Under the pieces are notes generated by a model that saw only the letters and a list, made by a program, of their open reading frames with translations, searched no databases and was not told where the DNA came from. Below, piece after piece: positions 30,782-40,684 of a stretch of DNA of 64,000 nt; position 1 is the first letter of the stretch; each line of letters opens with the position of its first letter. The DNA is taken from assembly GCA_947468275.1 (NCBI GenBank), contig CANIKO010000016.1:7346-71345 (forward strand), given 5' to 3'. The DNA comes from Bacteroidota bacterium. Its GTDB lineage: Bacteria > Bacteroidota > Bacteroidia > NS11-12g > UBA9320. A program made the translations under genes and the position numbers.

Positions 30782-31234
30782 TCTGAACTATGATTTTTTT
30801 GATTAAATGATATCTTATGATAAAGGAAGAATATAAATATTCGGCATTAACTTCCAAAATTATTGGATGTGCAATGACAGTTCATAAAACTTTAGGCAAT
30901 GGATTTCAAGAAGTTATTTACCAACGTGCCTTAAGAATTGAGATGAGTATTGCGGGAATTCCCTTTCAAAGAGAATTTGAAATGCCAATTTTTTATATGG
31001 GGGAACAGATTGGAACAAGAAGGGTTGATTTTTTGATAGAAGGAACTATTTCTTTAGAGTTAAAAGCAATTACAAAATTGGAAGATGTTCATTTTGCACA
31101 AGCCATAAATTATCTAGAAGCGTATAATTTAGAGATTGGTTTGCTTATCAATTTCGGGGAAACAAGTCTAAATTTCAAACGACTCACTAACAAAAAATTC
31201 AAATCATCCTAATCAAAAAAATCATAGTTCAGAC
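30781..31234. mobile_element. Putative 454-bp minimal element: 25-bp perfect terminal inverted repeats around the GxxExxY gene
   Basis: 30781-30805 gtctgaactatgatttttttgatta is the exact reverse complement of 31210-31234 taatcaaaaaaatcatagttcagac; mobility is inferred. Confidence 0.6.
30817..31212 (+). CDS. GxxExxY protein (PD-(D/E)xK nuclease-like)
   Basis: VHKTLGNGFQEVIYQ (GxxExxY), RVDFLIE...LELKA (D...ExK), AQAINYL, GLLINFG. Confidence 0.93.
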   Translation: MIKEEYKYSALTSKIIGCAMTVHKTLGNGFQEVIYQRALRIEMSIAGIPFQREFEMPIFYMGEQIGTRRVDFLIEGTISLELKAITKLEDVHFAQAINYLEAYNLEIGLLINFGETSLNFKRLTNKKFKSS

Positions 31235-31244
31235 ATTATCCCCC

Positions 31245-32528
31245 CTACTTCATCAGCATCCACTTAAACAACTGTTTGTAAGTTGGTTTTTTGCCCATCA
31301 TCAATATTCCTACTTTGTAAATTCGTCCGGCAAGCCAGGTAAATAAAATAAAGGTTAGAACCAAAGTAATCATGGATACAGCCAGCTCCCAACCTGGTGG
31401 GTCAAACGGCAAACGAACCATCATAATAATGGGTGATGTTAAGGGAAATAAGGACATAAACGTAGCCATAGAACCATGAGGATCGGAAGCCAATATAGAA
31501 AAACTGGTAGCAAAACTTATGATTAACGGCAAAGTAACCGGTAACATAAATTGTTGCGTATCCGATTCGCTGTCAACGGCTGAACCAATGGCCGCAAACA
31601 TAGAACTGTAAAGCAAATAACCAAACAAAAAGTAGAAAACAAAAATGGCGATATAGAAACTAAAGTTCAGATTAAAGAAAGCTTCTAAAATCGGGTTCAT
31701 GGCTTGTATTTGGTTTCCGGCCTGTGGAAGATTATGGGGAACACTGCCAATTTGCGAAGCAAAAAAGATGGAAATAATGCCTGTTAAAATTCCGCTGAGC
31801 GCTATCCAAATTAAAAACTGGGTAAGTCCAACCATGGCTATTCCTAATATTTTACCCATCATGAGCTGAAATGGTTTTACTGATGAAATAATAATTTCAA
31901 CTATCCGGTTGGTTTTTTCTTCCATCACACCCCGCATTACCTGAACGCCGTATAAAAAGATGAAAAAATAAATAATGAAGGCAAAGGCAGCCCCAAGTCC
32001 AAAATTTAATTCAGCCTGAGAGCTTAACAAATCGCCCGTTTCACTTATTTCTAAGGTTTTCATTTGAACCTCCATTTTCAAACTGTCCAAAAACGATTGC
32101 CTCACGCCTTTTTGCATCAGCTTTTGGTTTTTGCCTGAGGCCTCAACAGCATTGGTTAATTTACCTTGCAAATCAAGCGTGGCCGATTCGGTGGATTTAA
32201 AAACAATTTCTTTAGGATTATCTAAAGTAAAATCCTTGGGAATTATCATCCACCCAAAAATATCCTTTCCAAGTGTTGTGGTATCATTTTCGGTATATAT
32301 AAACTCAACTTTTGAAGGATTTTCCAAATGATTCTTGAACAAACCGCTACTATCAACCACCGCAATGGTTCTGGTTTTTTCACCCGTTTTTTGGTTTACT
32401 GCCAATCCGATGATTACCCCGTAAAACAAGGCTATAAGCACCGGACCTAAAATGGTCATCACAATAAACGATTTTTTGGTAACACGGCTCAAGTACTCGC
32501 GTTTTGTAATCAACCAAATCTTATGCAT
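31245..32528 (-). CDS. ABC-2 type permease (NatB-like)
   Basis: KREYLSRV, EEKTNRIVEII, LMMGKILG, multiple TMs. Confidence 0.9.
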   Translation of the reverse strand: MHKIWLITKREYLSRVTKKSFIVMTILGPVLIALFYGVIIGLAVNQKTGEKTRTIAVVDSSGLFKNHLENPSKVEFIYTENDTTTLGKDIFGWMIIPKDFTLDNPKEIVFKSTESATLDLQGKLTNAVEASGKNQKLMQKGVRQSFLDSLKMEVQMKTLEISETGDLLSSQAELNFGLGAAFAFIIYFFIFLYGVQVMRGVMEEKTNRIVEIIISSVKPFQLMMGKILGIAMVGLTQFLIWIALSGILTGIISIFFASQIGSVPHNLPQAGNQIQAMNPILEAFFNLNFSFYIAIFVFYFLFGYLLYSSMFAAIGSAVDSESDTQQFMLPVTLPLIISFATSFSILASDPHGSMATFMSLFPLTSPIIMMVRLPFDPPGWELAVSMITLVLTFILFTWLAGRIYKVGILMMGKKPTYKQLFKWMLMK

Positions 32529-33423
32529 GGTTCACCTCCTGTACTTTATCTATAAAAATTTGGTGAATAGTTGGAACAATTTCGCGAAAAGACCAAACGT
32601 TCACCTCATTGGCCACACGTTTTATAATTTCAGCACGGTTCATATTTTTCACCTTAAACACCAACTTTGTAAGGCCTTCATCGGTAGGTTCTTCGCTTAT
32701 TTTTTCAATCCATGTTGGCATAATTCCTTCAAAAACCAACTCAAACAAATTTTTGCTGTTTTGTTTTTTAATCTCCTTTACACTGCCATCCAGTATTTTT
32801 TTTGATTTGTTTATCAAACAAATATGGTCGCAAATTTCCTCAACACTTTCCATACGGTGAGTGCTGTATAGTATCGTAGTTCCTTGAGCTTTTAGTGATT
32901 TTATTTCGTTCATAATAATCTCGGAATTGATAGGATCAAAACCTGTGAACGGTTCATCCAAAATTAAAAGCTTTGGTTTGTGAAGCACCGTTATAATAAA
33001 TTGAACCTTTTGCTGCATTCCCTTACTCAGTTCCTCTACCTTTTTATTTTTCCATTCTCTCAAATCGAATTTCACAAGCCATTCTTCTGATCTTTTTTTG
33101 GCTTCGGCCAATGACAAGCCTTTAAGCTGACCGAAATAAATCATCTGTTCCCAAACCTTTTGCTTTTTGTACAAGCCACGTTCTTCGGGGAGATAGCCAA
33201 TTTTGTAAATATGCTCGGTATTCAGAGGTTCATTGTCAAATGTAATACTTCCTGTATCGGGAGCCGTAATTTGGTTAATAATCCGAATTAGAGAAGTTTT
33301 GCCGGCACCATTGGGGCCTAGCAAACCATAAATACTTCCTTCGGGCACCGAAAGGCTGACATGGTCAAGCGCCTTGTGGGTTTGGTAAAATTTTGAGACT
33401 TCGTTTATTTCGAGGAAGGACAT
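32521..33423 (-). CDS. ABC transporter ATP-binding protein (NatA-like, DUF4162 C-term)
   Basis: GPNGAGKT, GYLPEERGLY, LSKGMQQK, LILDEPF. Confidence 0.93.
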   Translation of the reverse strand: MSFLEINEVSKFYQTHKALDHVSLSVPEGSIYGLLGPNGAGKTSLIRIINQITAPDTGSITFDNEPLNTEHIYKIGYLPEERGLYKKQKVWEQMIYFGQLKGLSLAEAKKRSEEWLVKFDLREWKNKKVEELSKGMQQKVQFIITVLHKPKLLILDEPFTGFDPINSEIIMNEIKSLKAQGTTILYSTHRMESVEEICDHICLINKSKKILDGSVKEIKKQNSKNLFELVFEGIMPTWIEKISEEPTDEGLTKLVFKVKNMNRAEIIKRVANEVNVWSFREIVPTIHQIFIDKVQEVNHA

Positions 33424-33634
33424 GTTTGTATAATGGTTAATTGTTAGTGATTAATTATTAATGAAAACCGTCAGCGAAAATATTGAAAAGGTATTATCTC
33501 AAATTTACGATTGTATGAGTGCTATGATTAAATCGTTAAATCAATTTTCATTTTCAAATTTCCAAAATAGAATATTCGACAATTCCTTTAATAAAAATAA
33601 ACAATAACTAATTGTCAATCTTCAAATTTCCAAA

Positions 33635-34243
33635 TCATTTCACCACCACATCAAACACCTTTACATCGCCTGCAAAGCCTTCCAATCTATCGCCAATGCT
33701 TATTTTTCCTACACCTTCGGGGGTTCCGGTAAAAAACAAATCTCCAATTTTTAAAGTAAAAAACTGCGAGCTGTATTCAATTACTTTCTCAATTGGAAAA
33801 ATCATATTGGCTGAATTTCCTTTTTGAACTACCTCACCATTTTTGACCAAATGGAAGGAAATATTGTGAATATCAACTCCTGTTAATGGTAAAAAATCGC
33901 CAACGACGGCACTCTGGTCAAAAGCTTTAGAAATTTCCCATGGCAAACCTTTCGATTTTTGCTTATCCTGTAAATCACGGGCGGTAAAGTCAATACCAAT
34001 GGTGTATTCAGCAAAATATTTATGAGCAAATTTTGCATCGATATGCCTTCCTATTTTCTTTATTCTAAAAACAATTTCAGTTTCGTAATGAATATTTTCA
34101 GAAAAATTAGGATGGAAAAAAGGTTCTCCTTTTCGCAGCAAAGCCGAATCGGGTTTCATAAACAAAACCGGTTCAGTGGGTAATGCATTGTTTAGTTCCT
34201 TGGCATGTTCCGCATAATTGCGACCTACACAGATTATTTTCAT
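33635..34243 (-). CDS. Fumarylacetoacetate hydrolase family protein
   Basis: KIICVGRNYAEH, HYETE, DFTARDLQ, TGTPEGVG. Confidence 0.93.
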   Translation of the reverse strand: MKIICVGRNYAEHAKELNNALPTEPVLFMKPDSALLRKGEPFFHPNFSENIHYETEIVFRIKKIGRHIDAKFAHKYFAEYTIGIDFTARDLQDKQKSKGLPWEISKAFDQSAVVGDFLPLTGVDIHNISFHLVKNGEVVQKGNSANMIFPIEKVIEYSSQFFTLKIGDLFFTGTPEGVGKISIGDRLEGFAGDVKVFDVVVK

Positions 34244-34254
34244 TTCACAAAAGT

Positions 34255-34290
34255 AATTTGAAAATTTGAAGATTTGAAAATTTGAAAATG
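34255..34290 (+). repeat. Tandem octamer (AATTTGAA) x4
   Basis: aatttgaa aatttgaa gatttgaa aatttgaa aatg. Confidence 0.85.
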
Positions 34291-34358
34291 GGTAGGAAAA
34301 TTAATTAACGGATTTTTAAATTGATTAATTTTCACTTTACCAAATTACCTTCGCATCC

Positions 34359-34919
34359 ATGTTCGACCCACACATTGTTATTCAGGCATACACCCAAGGC
34401 TATTTCCCGATGGCACATTCTGATGAAGGCAATGAGATTTTTTGGCATTTACCTGAAAATCGGGGAATTATTCCAATTGATGAACGATTTAAAATCAGCA
34501 AAAATTTAGGCAAACTTTATAAAAAAGGAAAATTCGAACTCAAACAAAATACGGATTTTGAAGCTGTCATCAGGCATTGTTCTGAACGCGAAGAGACTTG
34601 GATTTCAGAAGAAATTATTGATATCTACTGTCAACTAAACGAGATGGGTGTGGCTCATAGTTTTGAATCCTGGCTAGATGGAAAATTAGTCGGTGGGCTT
34701 TATGGACTTGCCATTGGCAAAGTTTTTTTTGGTGAGAGCATGTTTCATACGGTAACAGATGCTTCAAAAATTGCATTAGTATTTTTGGTAGAAACGCTTC
34801 GTAAAAAAGACTTTAAATTATTGGATAGCCAATACCTCAACGATCACATAAAACAGTTTGGGGCTTACGAAATAAATCACGACGACTATTTGGAATTATT
34901 GCACGAGGCCCTAGGTTAA
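34359..34919 (+). CDS. aat: Leucyl/phenylalanyl-tRNA--protein transferase
   Basis: AYTQGYFPM, TWI, AHSFESW, LVGGLYG, FFGESMF, DASKIAL. Confidence 0.94.
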   Translation: MFDPHIVIQAYTQGYFPMAHSDEGNEIFWHLPENRGIIPIDERFKISKNLGKLYKKGKFELKQNTDFEAVIRHCSEREETWISEEIIDIYCQLNEMGVAHSFESWLDGKLVGGLYGLAIGKVFFGESMFHTVTDASKIALVFLVETLRKKDFKLLDSQYLNDHIKQFGAYEINHDDYLELLHEALG

Positions 34920-34953
34920 AACTTTTAATAAAGTTTAAAACTTTGGAAAAGTT
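34920..34953. repeat. REP-like imperfect palindrome right after the aat stop
   Basis: aactttt-aat-aaagttt-a-aaacttt-gg-aaaagtt, same two-stem layout as 11977-12009. Confidence 0.55.
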
Positions 34954-34975
34954 AAATTACTATTTTTGAACCTCC

Positions 34976-37393
34976 ATGTCGAAGAAGAATCATCAACAAA
35001 ATCCAAATCCAAATAAACCAAAGGATGCGCCTAAAGCTAAAGGTCCAAGACTTTCGTTAAAAACACGATTCATTGGCTTTTTTAAAGAAAAGAGCGCTTT
35101 TTTTATAACCGAACCATTGGCTTCCTTAAAAAATGAGGAATACAAAAACTCTTGGTGGAACGGGCAACATCCGTTTTACCGGTTGATATTTGCCACACTC
35201 GTATTTTTGGCATTTATTTTTATACCCTATTTAAGTTTTGATTATGGAATAACCTGGGACGAATTTGAAGATATTGGATATTTTAATGAAGTATTAGCTT
35301 ATTTTACTTCCTTTGGGGCGGATCGTCGTTGCTTAGATATAGCAGGAACATTGCCCGGCCATGAAGTAAAAACAGCTCTAATTCCTCACTTGGTTAATTA
35401 TGGCCCATTTGTAAACCTTGCAAGCGCTTTTGCTAATAAATTTTTATCCCCGTTTGGTTTATATGAAACCCGCCATTTGGTGGTTTCGTTATTTTCATGC
35501 ATTGGTTTAATGTTCACCGGACTTTTGGCCAAACGTTTGGGCAACTGGCAAACAGGCGTTTTTGCATTTATATTTATTTTATTAACCCCTACTATTTTTG
35601 GTCATGGGATGAATAACCAAAAGGATATTCCCTTTCTAGCTTTTTATCTAGCATCACTTTATTTCATCATTAAATTTTTAGAAGAAATGCCGGCACCAAC
35701 TCGAGGGACTTGGATTAAGTTGGCCATAAGCATGGGAATTTTAATGAGCATACGTGTAGGAGGATTGCTTGTTTTTGCCTATCTGTTGCTATTTACTGGC
35801 ATACTTTTCCTTTGGAATGTTTATACCAAAAAGCATGGTTTTGATGGTAAAAACATTTGGATTTATATCAAGAATCTTTTTAAACCATTAACCCTAGGTT
35901 ATGCCGTTGGAGTTGCTTTTTGGCCTGCAGCAATTCAAGATCCTTTAAAACATCCTTTAGAGGCACTAAAGAATTTTGAAAAATTCAGTTTAGTTCATAT
36001 CTATGAAATATTTGAAGGTAAAAAATACTACATGAAAGATTTTCCGTGGTATTATGAACCCAAGAGTATGTTAATTACAATACCACTATTTGTTTTAGCC
36101 GGATTTGCCATTGCATTTTTATTATCTGTTATTAATTTCAAAAAAATAAAGGTTTGGCATATTGCGGTATTGGTATTTGCATCAACTTTTCCGGTTTTTT
36201 ATGTAATTTATAAAAAATCAGCTTTATACAGTAGTTGGAGGCATTTATTGTTCATTTATCCAACAGTAGTAGTAATGGCCGCCATAGGTTGGCAAAGCCT
36301 TATTCAATTATTAAAACCAAAATATCTGAAATGGATTTCGGTTGCAATTCTAGTTTTATTGGTTGGTAAAGTTGGGGCGTGGATGGTAAAGAACCATCCC
36401 TATCAATACGTTTACTATAATGAAACAGTTGGAGGGGTAAAAGGTGCTTACGGTAATTATGAAACTGATTATTGGTGCCAAAGTCCAAGAGCTGCTATGG
36501 AATGGCTTTTAGATCATGAAAAATTAAAAGACACTAAAAAACGGATATATGTTGCTAGTAATAATGAAAGCCACAGTATGAGTTACTATGCTCAAAAGCA
36601 AACCGACAGCATAACGTTGGTTTGGACCCGCGATTTTGAATGGGAAGAAAGCTATTGGGATTATGCAATATTTACAAGCAGAACCTTGAGTCATGAGCAA
36701 ATGACTAATGGCTATTATCCTTTAAAAGGAACCATTCATAAAATCATGGTAGATGGCATTCCATTGGCAACTATAGTAAAACGTGAAAGTTTTGATTTTT
36801 ATAAAGCACATCAGTTAAAAAATAAAAACCTTTTAGATTCTGCATTAACTTTTTACCAAAAAGCAATGACCTATAACCCTATTAGTGAGGGGCCATATCG
36901 AGAAATGGGGTATATTAAAATGGCTCAAAATAAATTAAATGAAGCCGTGCCATATTTAAAAAAATCCATAAAACTTTGTCCTGAAAATTATTACTCCTTC
37001 ACCTATTTAGGGTACATTTATCAGCAGCGCAAAATGAATGATTCTTCGGAATTTTTCTTTAAAAAAGCGATAGAATACAAAGCCAATATGAGCAACGCTT
37101 GGGAAGGACTTGGAAGTATTTACCTAGACAAAAATGACCCAATGACAGCTAAAAATGACTTTCTTCGCTCTGCAGAATTGGGAAACCAAGGAGTGTATTT
37201 ATACTATAATTTAGGAAGAGCTTATGAAATGCTTAATTATCCTGATTCAGCTTTGATGTATTACAACGTTGCGACCCAAATTAACCCTAACTTTCCTTAT
37301 CCATTCAAGGCCATGGGAATAATACTTCAAAAACAGGGAAATCAGCAAGCACAGCAGTATTTGGAAAAAGCCCGTGCTTTAGGATTGCCATAA
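34976..37393 (+). CDS. GT-C (PMT/ArnT-like) membrane glycosyltransferase with C-terminal TPRs
   Basis: GITWDE acidic motif after TM1, NYGP, NNQKDIPF, many TMs, TPR helices at the C-terminus. Confidence 0.75.
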   Translation: MSKKNHQQNPNPNKPKDAPKAKGPRLSLKTRFIGFFKEKSAFFITEPLASLKNEEYKNSWWNGQHPFYRLIFATLVFLAFIFIPYLSFDYGITWDEFEDIGYFNEVLAYFTSFGADRRCLDIAGTLPGHEVKTALIPHLVNYGPFVNLASAFANKFLSPFGLYETRHLVVSLFSCIGLMFTGLLAKRLGNWQTGVFAFIFILLTPTIFGHGMNNQKDIPFLAFYLASLYFIIKFLEEMPAPTRGTWIKLAISMGILMSIRVGGLLVFAYLLLFTGILFLWNVYTKKHGFDGKNIWIYIKNLFKPLTLGYAVGVAFWPAAIQDPLKHPLEALKNFEKFSLVHIYEIFEGKKYYMKDFPWYYEPKSMLITIPLFVLAGFAIAFLLSVINFKKIKVWHIAVLVFASTFPVFYVIYKKSALYSSWRHLLFIYPTVVVMAAIGWQSLIQLLKPKYLKWISVAILVLLVGKVGAWMVKNHPYQYVYYNETVGGVKGAYGNYETDYWCQSPRAAMEWLLDHEKLKDTKKRIYVASNNESHSMSYYAQKQTDSITLVWTRDFEWEESYWDYAIFTSRTLSHEQMTNGYYPLKGTIHKIMVDGIPLATIVKRESFDFYKAHQLKNKNLLDSALTFYQKAMTYNPISEGPYREMGYIKMAQNKLNEAVPYLKKSIKLCPENYYSFTYLGYIYQQRKMNDSSEFFFKKAIEYKANMSNAWEGLGSIYLDKNDPMTAKNDFLRSAELGNQGVYLYYNLGRAYEMLNYPDSALMYYNVATQINPNFPYPFKAMGIILQKQGNQQAQQYLEKARALGLP

Positions 37394-37513
37394 AAAAGTA
37401 TTTTATAGGAAATTTGTAGAAAAAACTTCTAGTTCAATAAATCACTTTTGGTATTGTTCTAAAATTAATTTTACTTTACATAACTTTTCAGAGACTTAAT
37501 TCGTCTTAAAACT

Positions 37514-39994
37514 ATGAGGTTCGTTATCGCCATAATTCTTTTTATTTCAAGCCTAACAAACTTATTTGCTTCTCATATTGTTGGCGGCGACTTTTATTAT
37601 AAATACCTTGGTGGCGATAAGTATCAAATAACCATGAAACTCTACATAGATTGCTATCACGGCAATCCTGACGCAATAAGTAGTGATGAAACGGCCTTTA
37701 TGACTGTTTTTTGTGCCGATAATAACAATATATTTAAGACTTTTGAAATACAAAGAACTGGACCTATCCACTTAAATGGCGTTGCTTATAAATGCATTAA
37801 AAATCCAGGGGATGTCTGTGTAGATCAATACAATTATGTTTTTGAAACAGACTTACCAAAAAGAAAAGAAGGATATATAATTGCTTTTCAGAGATGTTGC
37901 CGAAATAATACGATTAAAAACATATTTCAACCGGATGGTACAGGCGCTACCTACTGGGTACATGTGCCAGATAGAAGTATCGTATCTGTAGATAATAGCC
38001 CTATTTTTAAAAAATTTCCTCCCATTTTTATTTGCAAAGGTTTCCCATTGGTTTTTGACCATTCAGCAACCGACGCAGACGGGGATTCATTAAGCTATGA
38101 ACTGTATCGACCTTATATTGGCGGCGACAAGCTAGGGCCTGCTCCTGGAAAGATTGATAACCCACCGCCAAGCGCACCTCCATTTAAAACGGTTCAATGG
38201 TTTTCGGGATACAGCACTGCTAATCAAATGAAGGGAACCCCTATTCTACAAATTGATGAAATAACGGGAGAATTAACTGTTACACCAGATGATATAGGAC
38301 AATTTGTTTGTGGAGTAAAAGTACTGGAGTGGAGAAACGGCGTATTGATAGGCGAAACTCTCAGGGACTATCAATTTAATGTTATAGAATGTGATGCTGT
38401 GGCAGTTGCAAATTTTAAACCTCAAATTTGGTGTTCTGATACTGTAAATTTTATTGACAAAAGTATTGGAGCTACTACCGTTTCTTGGGATTTTGGCGAC
38501 CCAGCCTCTGGGATTGATAACAATATGAGTTTTTTAAAAAACCCTACCCACATATTTTCAAAAGGTGGAGATTTTATTGTTAAACAAAAAGTTTGGAATA
38601 CAGCCTGTGATGATCAATATGCATTAAAAGTTAAAGTTAGAATTAAAAAAGGATTTGATATTGGAAGTGATAAAACATATTGTGTTCCATTCAAACAAGT
38701 AATCGGTGTTCCATGGAATGACTATACCTCCATACTTTGGTCAACTGGCTCAAAAGCTGGTTTTATTACAATTGATAAACCAGGACGATATCAAGTAGAA
38801 GCTAAATACGGCACTTGTATTATTAGAGATACTATAAACATATATTACGACCCAGTTTCGTTCGTTTGCTTAAACCGTGATTCATTGTTCTGTGATAAGG
38901 TGGATGTCAATCTTGAGGTAACAAACAGATCAGCAAATACAAAAATTTTATGGAATACTGGTGATACCACATCAAAAATAAAAGTTCTTACTGAAGGTAA
39001 ATATATCGTAAGGGTTTCGAATAAAAATTGCACAAAAAATGATACCGTTAATCTTGTATTGGCGAAAATAACTCCTAATCTAGGGCATGATATTTTTATT
39101 TGCAATAACTTTCTAAGAACACTTGATGCAGGAAAACAAGCCATAGGCACCACCTATTTATGGAGTACAGGCAGCACCAATCAGGCAATTATTACCGACC
39201 AACCTGGAAAATATTGGGTAACCACTCGACTCAAACATTGCATAAAATCAGATACAATGGTAATTAGTAATTCTAAGGTTGTTTTAAATATTGGACCAGA
39301 TAAACATTTTTGCGATTCTGTGCGAATCTTATTGGATGCAGGCCCCTCTAATCAGGGCGCTACAACTTCTTATTCTTGGAGCAATGGGGCAACTAATCAG
39401 ACTAATTTTATAAAAACGGAGGGAAAACATTGGGTAACCAAAACCGATAATTTCGGATGCAACAATTCTGATACTATACAGTTTTTTATGTCTTTGTCGC
39501 CAATCATTTCAGTGGGAAAAGACACTACCATTTGCCTTAGAGCCCCTATTGCCTTGACTCCTGGAGGCAACTTTAACAGTTATATTTGGGAAGATGGTTC
39601 TACCAACAAACTTCGTTACGTGGAGGTAGCTGGAAAATATTATGTAACCGTAACCGATGAGGTGGGCTGTCATGCCACTGATACAATTATTGTAAAAACC
39701 GACCCGAATAAACTGCCAAACAAAATTTATATCCCAAATGCTTTTTCACCTAATGGCGATGGACTGAATGATGTGTTCCCGTTTGAAATGCCTTTATTTT
39801 ACAATGATTATAATTTAAAAGTATTTAATCGATGGGGCGAAAAACTATATGATTCTGATTCAACTCCTAAACCTTGGGATGGAAATACCCTTACTAAAGA
39901 TGACCAATTGGATGCCTACATTTGGGTTGTTACATACAAAGGTTGCGATGGGACAAGGCACTCCGATAAAGGAACAATAACTATTCTTAGGTAA
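37514..39994 (+). CDS. T9SS type B (gliding-motility C-terminal domain) protein with PKD domain
   Basis: ASHIVGG, QRCCRN, WDFGD PKD, YxWST repeats, IPNAFSPNGDGLNDVF...FNRWG. Confidence 0.9.
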   Translation: MRFVIAIILFISSLTNLFASHIVGGDFYYKYLGGDKYQITMKLYIDCYHGNPDAISSDETAFMTVFCADNNNIFKTFEIQRTGPIHLNGVAYKCIKNPGDVCVDQYNYVFETDLPKRKEGYIIAFQRCCRNNTIKNIFQPDGTGATYWVHVPDRSIVSVDNSPIFKKFPPIFICKGFPLVFDHSATDADGDSLSYELYRPYIGGDKLGPAPGKIDNPPPSAPPFKTVQWFSGYSTANQMKGTPILQIDEITGELTVTPDDIGQFVCGVKVLEWRNGVLIGETLRDYQFNVIECDAVAVANFKPQIWCSDTVNFIDKSIGATTVSWDFGDPASGIDNNMSFLKNPTHIFSKGGDFIVKQKVWNTACDDQYALKVKVRIKKGFDIGSDKTYCVPFKQVIGVPWNDYTSILWSTGSKAGFITIDKPGRYQVEAKYGTCIIRDTINIYYDPVSFVCLNRDSLFCDKVDVNLEVTNRSANTKILWNTGDTTSKIKVLTEGKYIVRVSNKNCTKNDTVNLVLAKITPNLGHDIFICNNFLRTLDAGKQAIGTTYLWSTGSTNQAIITDQPGKYWVTTRLKHCIKSDTMVISNSKVVLNIGPDKHFCDSVRILLDAGPSNQGATTSYSWSNGATNQTNFIKTEGKHWVTKTDNFGCNNSDTIQFFMSLSPIISVGKDTTICLRAPIALTPGGNFNSYIWEDGSTNKLRYVEVAGKYYVTVTDEVGCHATDTIIVKTDPNKLPNKIYIPNAFSPNGDGLNDVFPFEMPLFYNDYNLKVFNRWGEKLYDSDSTPKPWDGNTLTKDDQLDAYIWVVTYKGCDGTRHSDKGTITILR

Positions 39995-40055
39995 TTATAT
40001 ATATTCCTGACTAATAGCTTTCTTAACTAATTAAGTTTTTATTTGTAATAATATT

Positions 40056-40682
40056 ATGACGAAAAAAATTCTATTGTTAAACATTTTTATTGCTTTTTTT
40101 TTAGAATCGTTCGCTTTTAATCCAAAACTAGATTTGGGCAAAAAACTTGATGCTGAATCCTTTCAGGTCAATATATTTACCAACCAATATTTTTTCCCTT
40201 TTTTGGGAATGGGAAATATTTTCACAGCTAAATATCATCCTGGCATATCGGCTGGTTTCGTAAAAAACATCAAAAAAACAGAAAAAACCACTTTTTATTA
40301 CGACGCAAAAATTGGCCTTTATCATCATCGCTTTATTCAAACAGGTGTTCAGTTATATGGTGACTTAGGTTATCGAATTACTCTGCCAAAAAAGTTTTTT
40401 GCAGCCGGTGAATTTGGCTTCGGATACCTTCATACCATTATTCATCAATCCAATTTCAAAGCAGATGGTAATGGAAATTATATCAAAGTTAAAAATTTTG
40501 GAAAGCCACAAGTGATGACCGGAATTGGCATAAAAGTTGGCAAACAAATCACTGTTTGTAAAAATCCAGGAAGATTGTTTATTAATTATCAACCTTGGTT
40601 TCAGTTTCCATTTATAAAATCGTATGTGCCACTTTTACCCAATAATTCGTTGCATATTGGTTTTGACTTAATAATTAAATAA
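40056..40682 (+). CDS. Hypothetical exported protein, probably a small beta-barrel
   Basis: Signal peptide, alternating aromatic/Gly strands; 2 nt from the next gene. Confidence 0.6.
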   Translation: MTKKILLLNIFIAFFLESFAFNPKLDLGKKLDAESFQVNIFTNQYFFPFLGMGNIFTAKYHPGISAGFVKNIKKTEKTTFYYDAKIGLYHHRFIQTGVQLYGDLGYRITLPKKFFAAGEFGFGYLHTIIHQSNFKADGNGNYIKVKNFGKPQVMTGIGIKVGKQITVCKNPGRLFINYQPWFQFPFIKSYVPLLPNNSLHIGFDLIIK

Positions 40683-40684
40683 AA

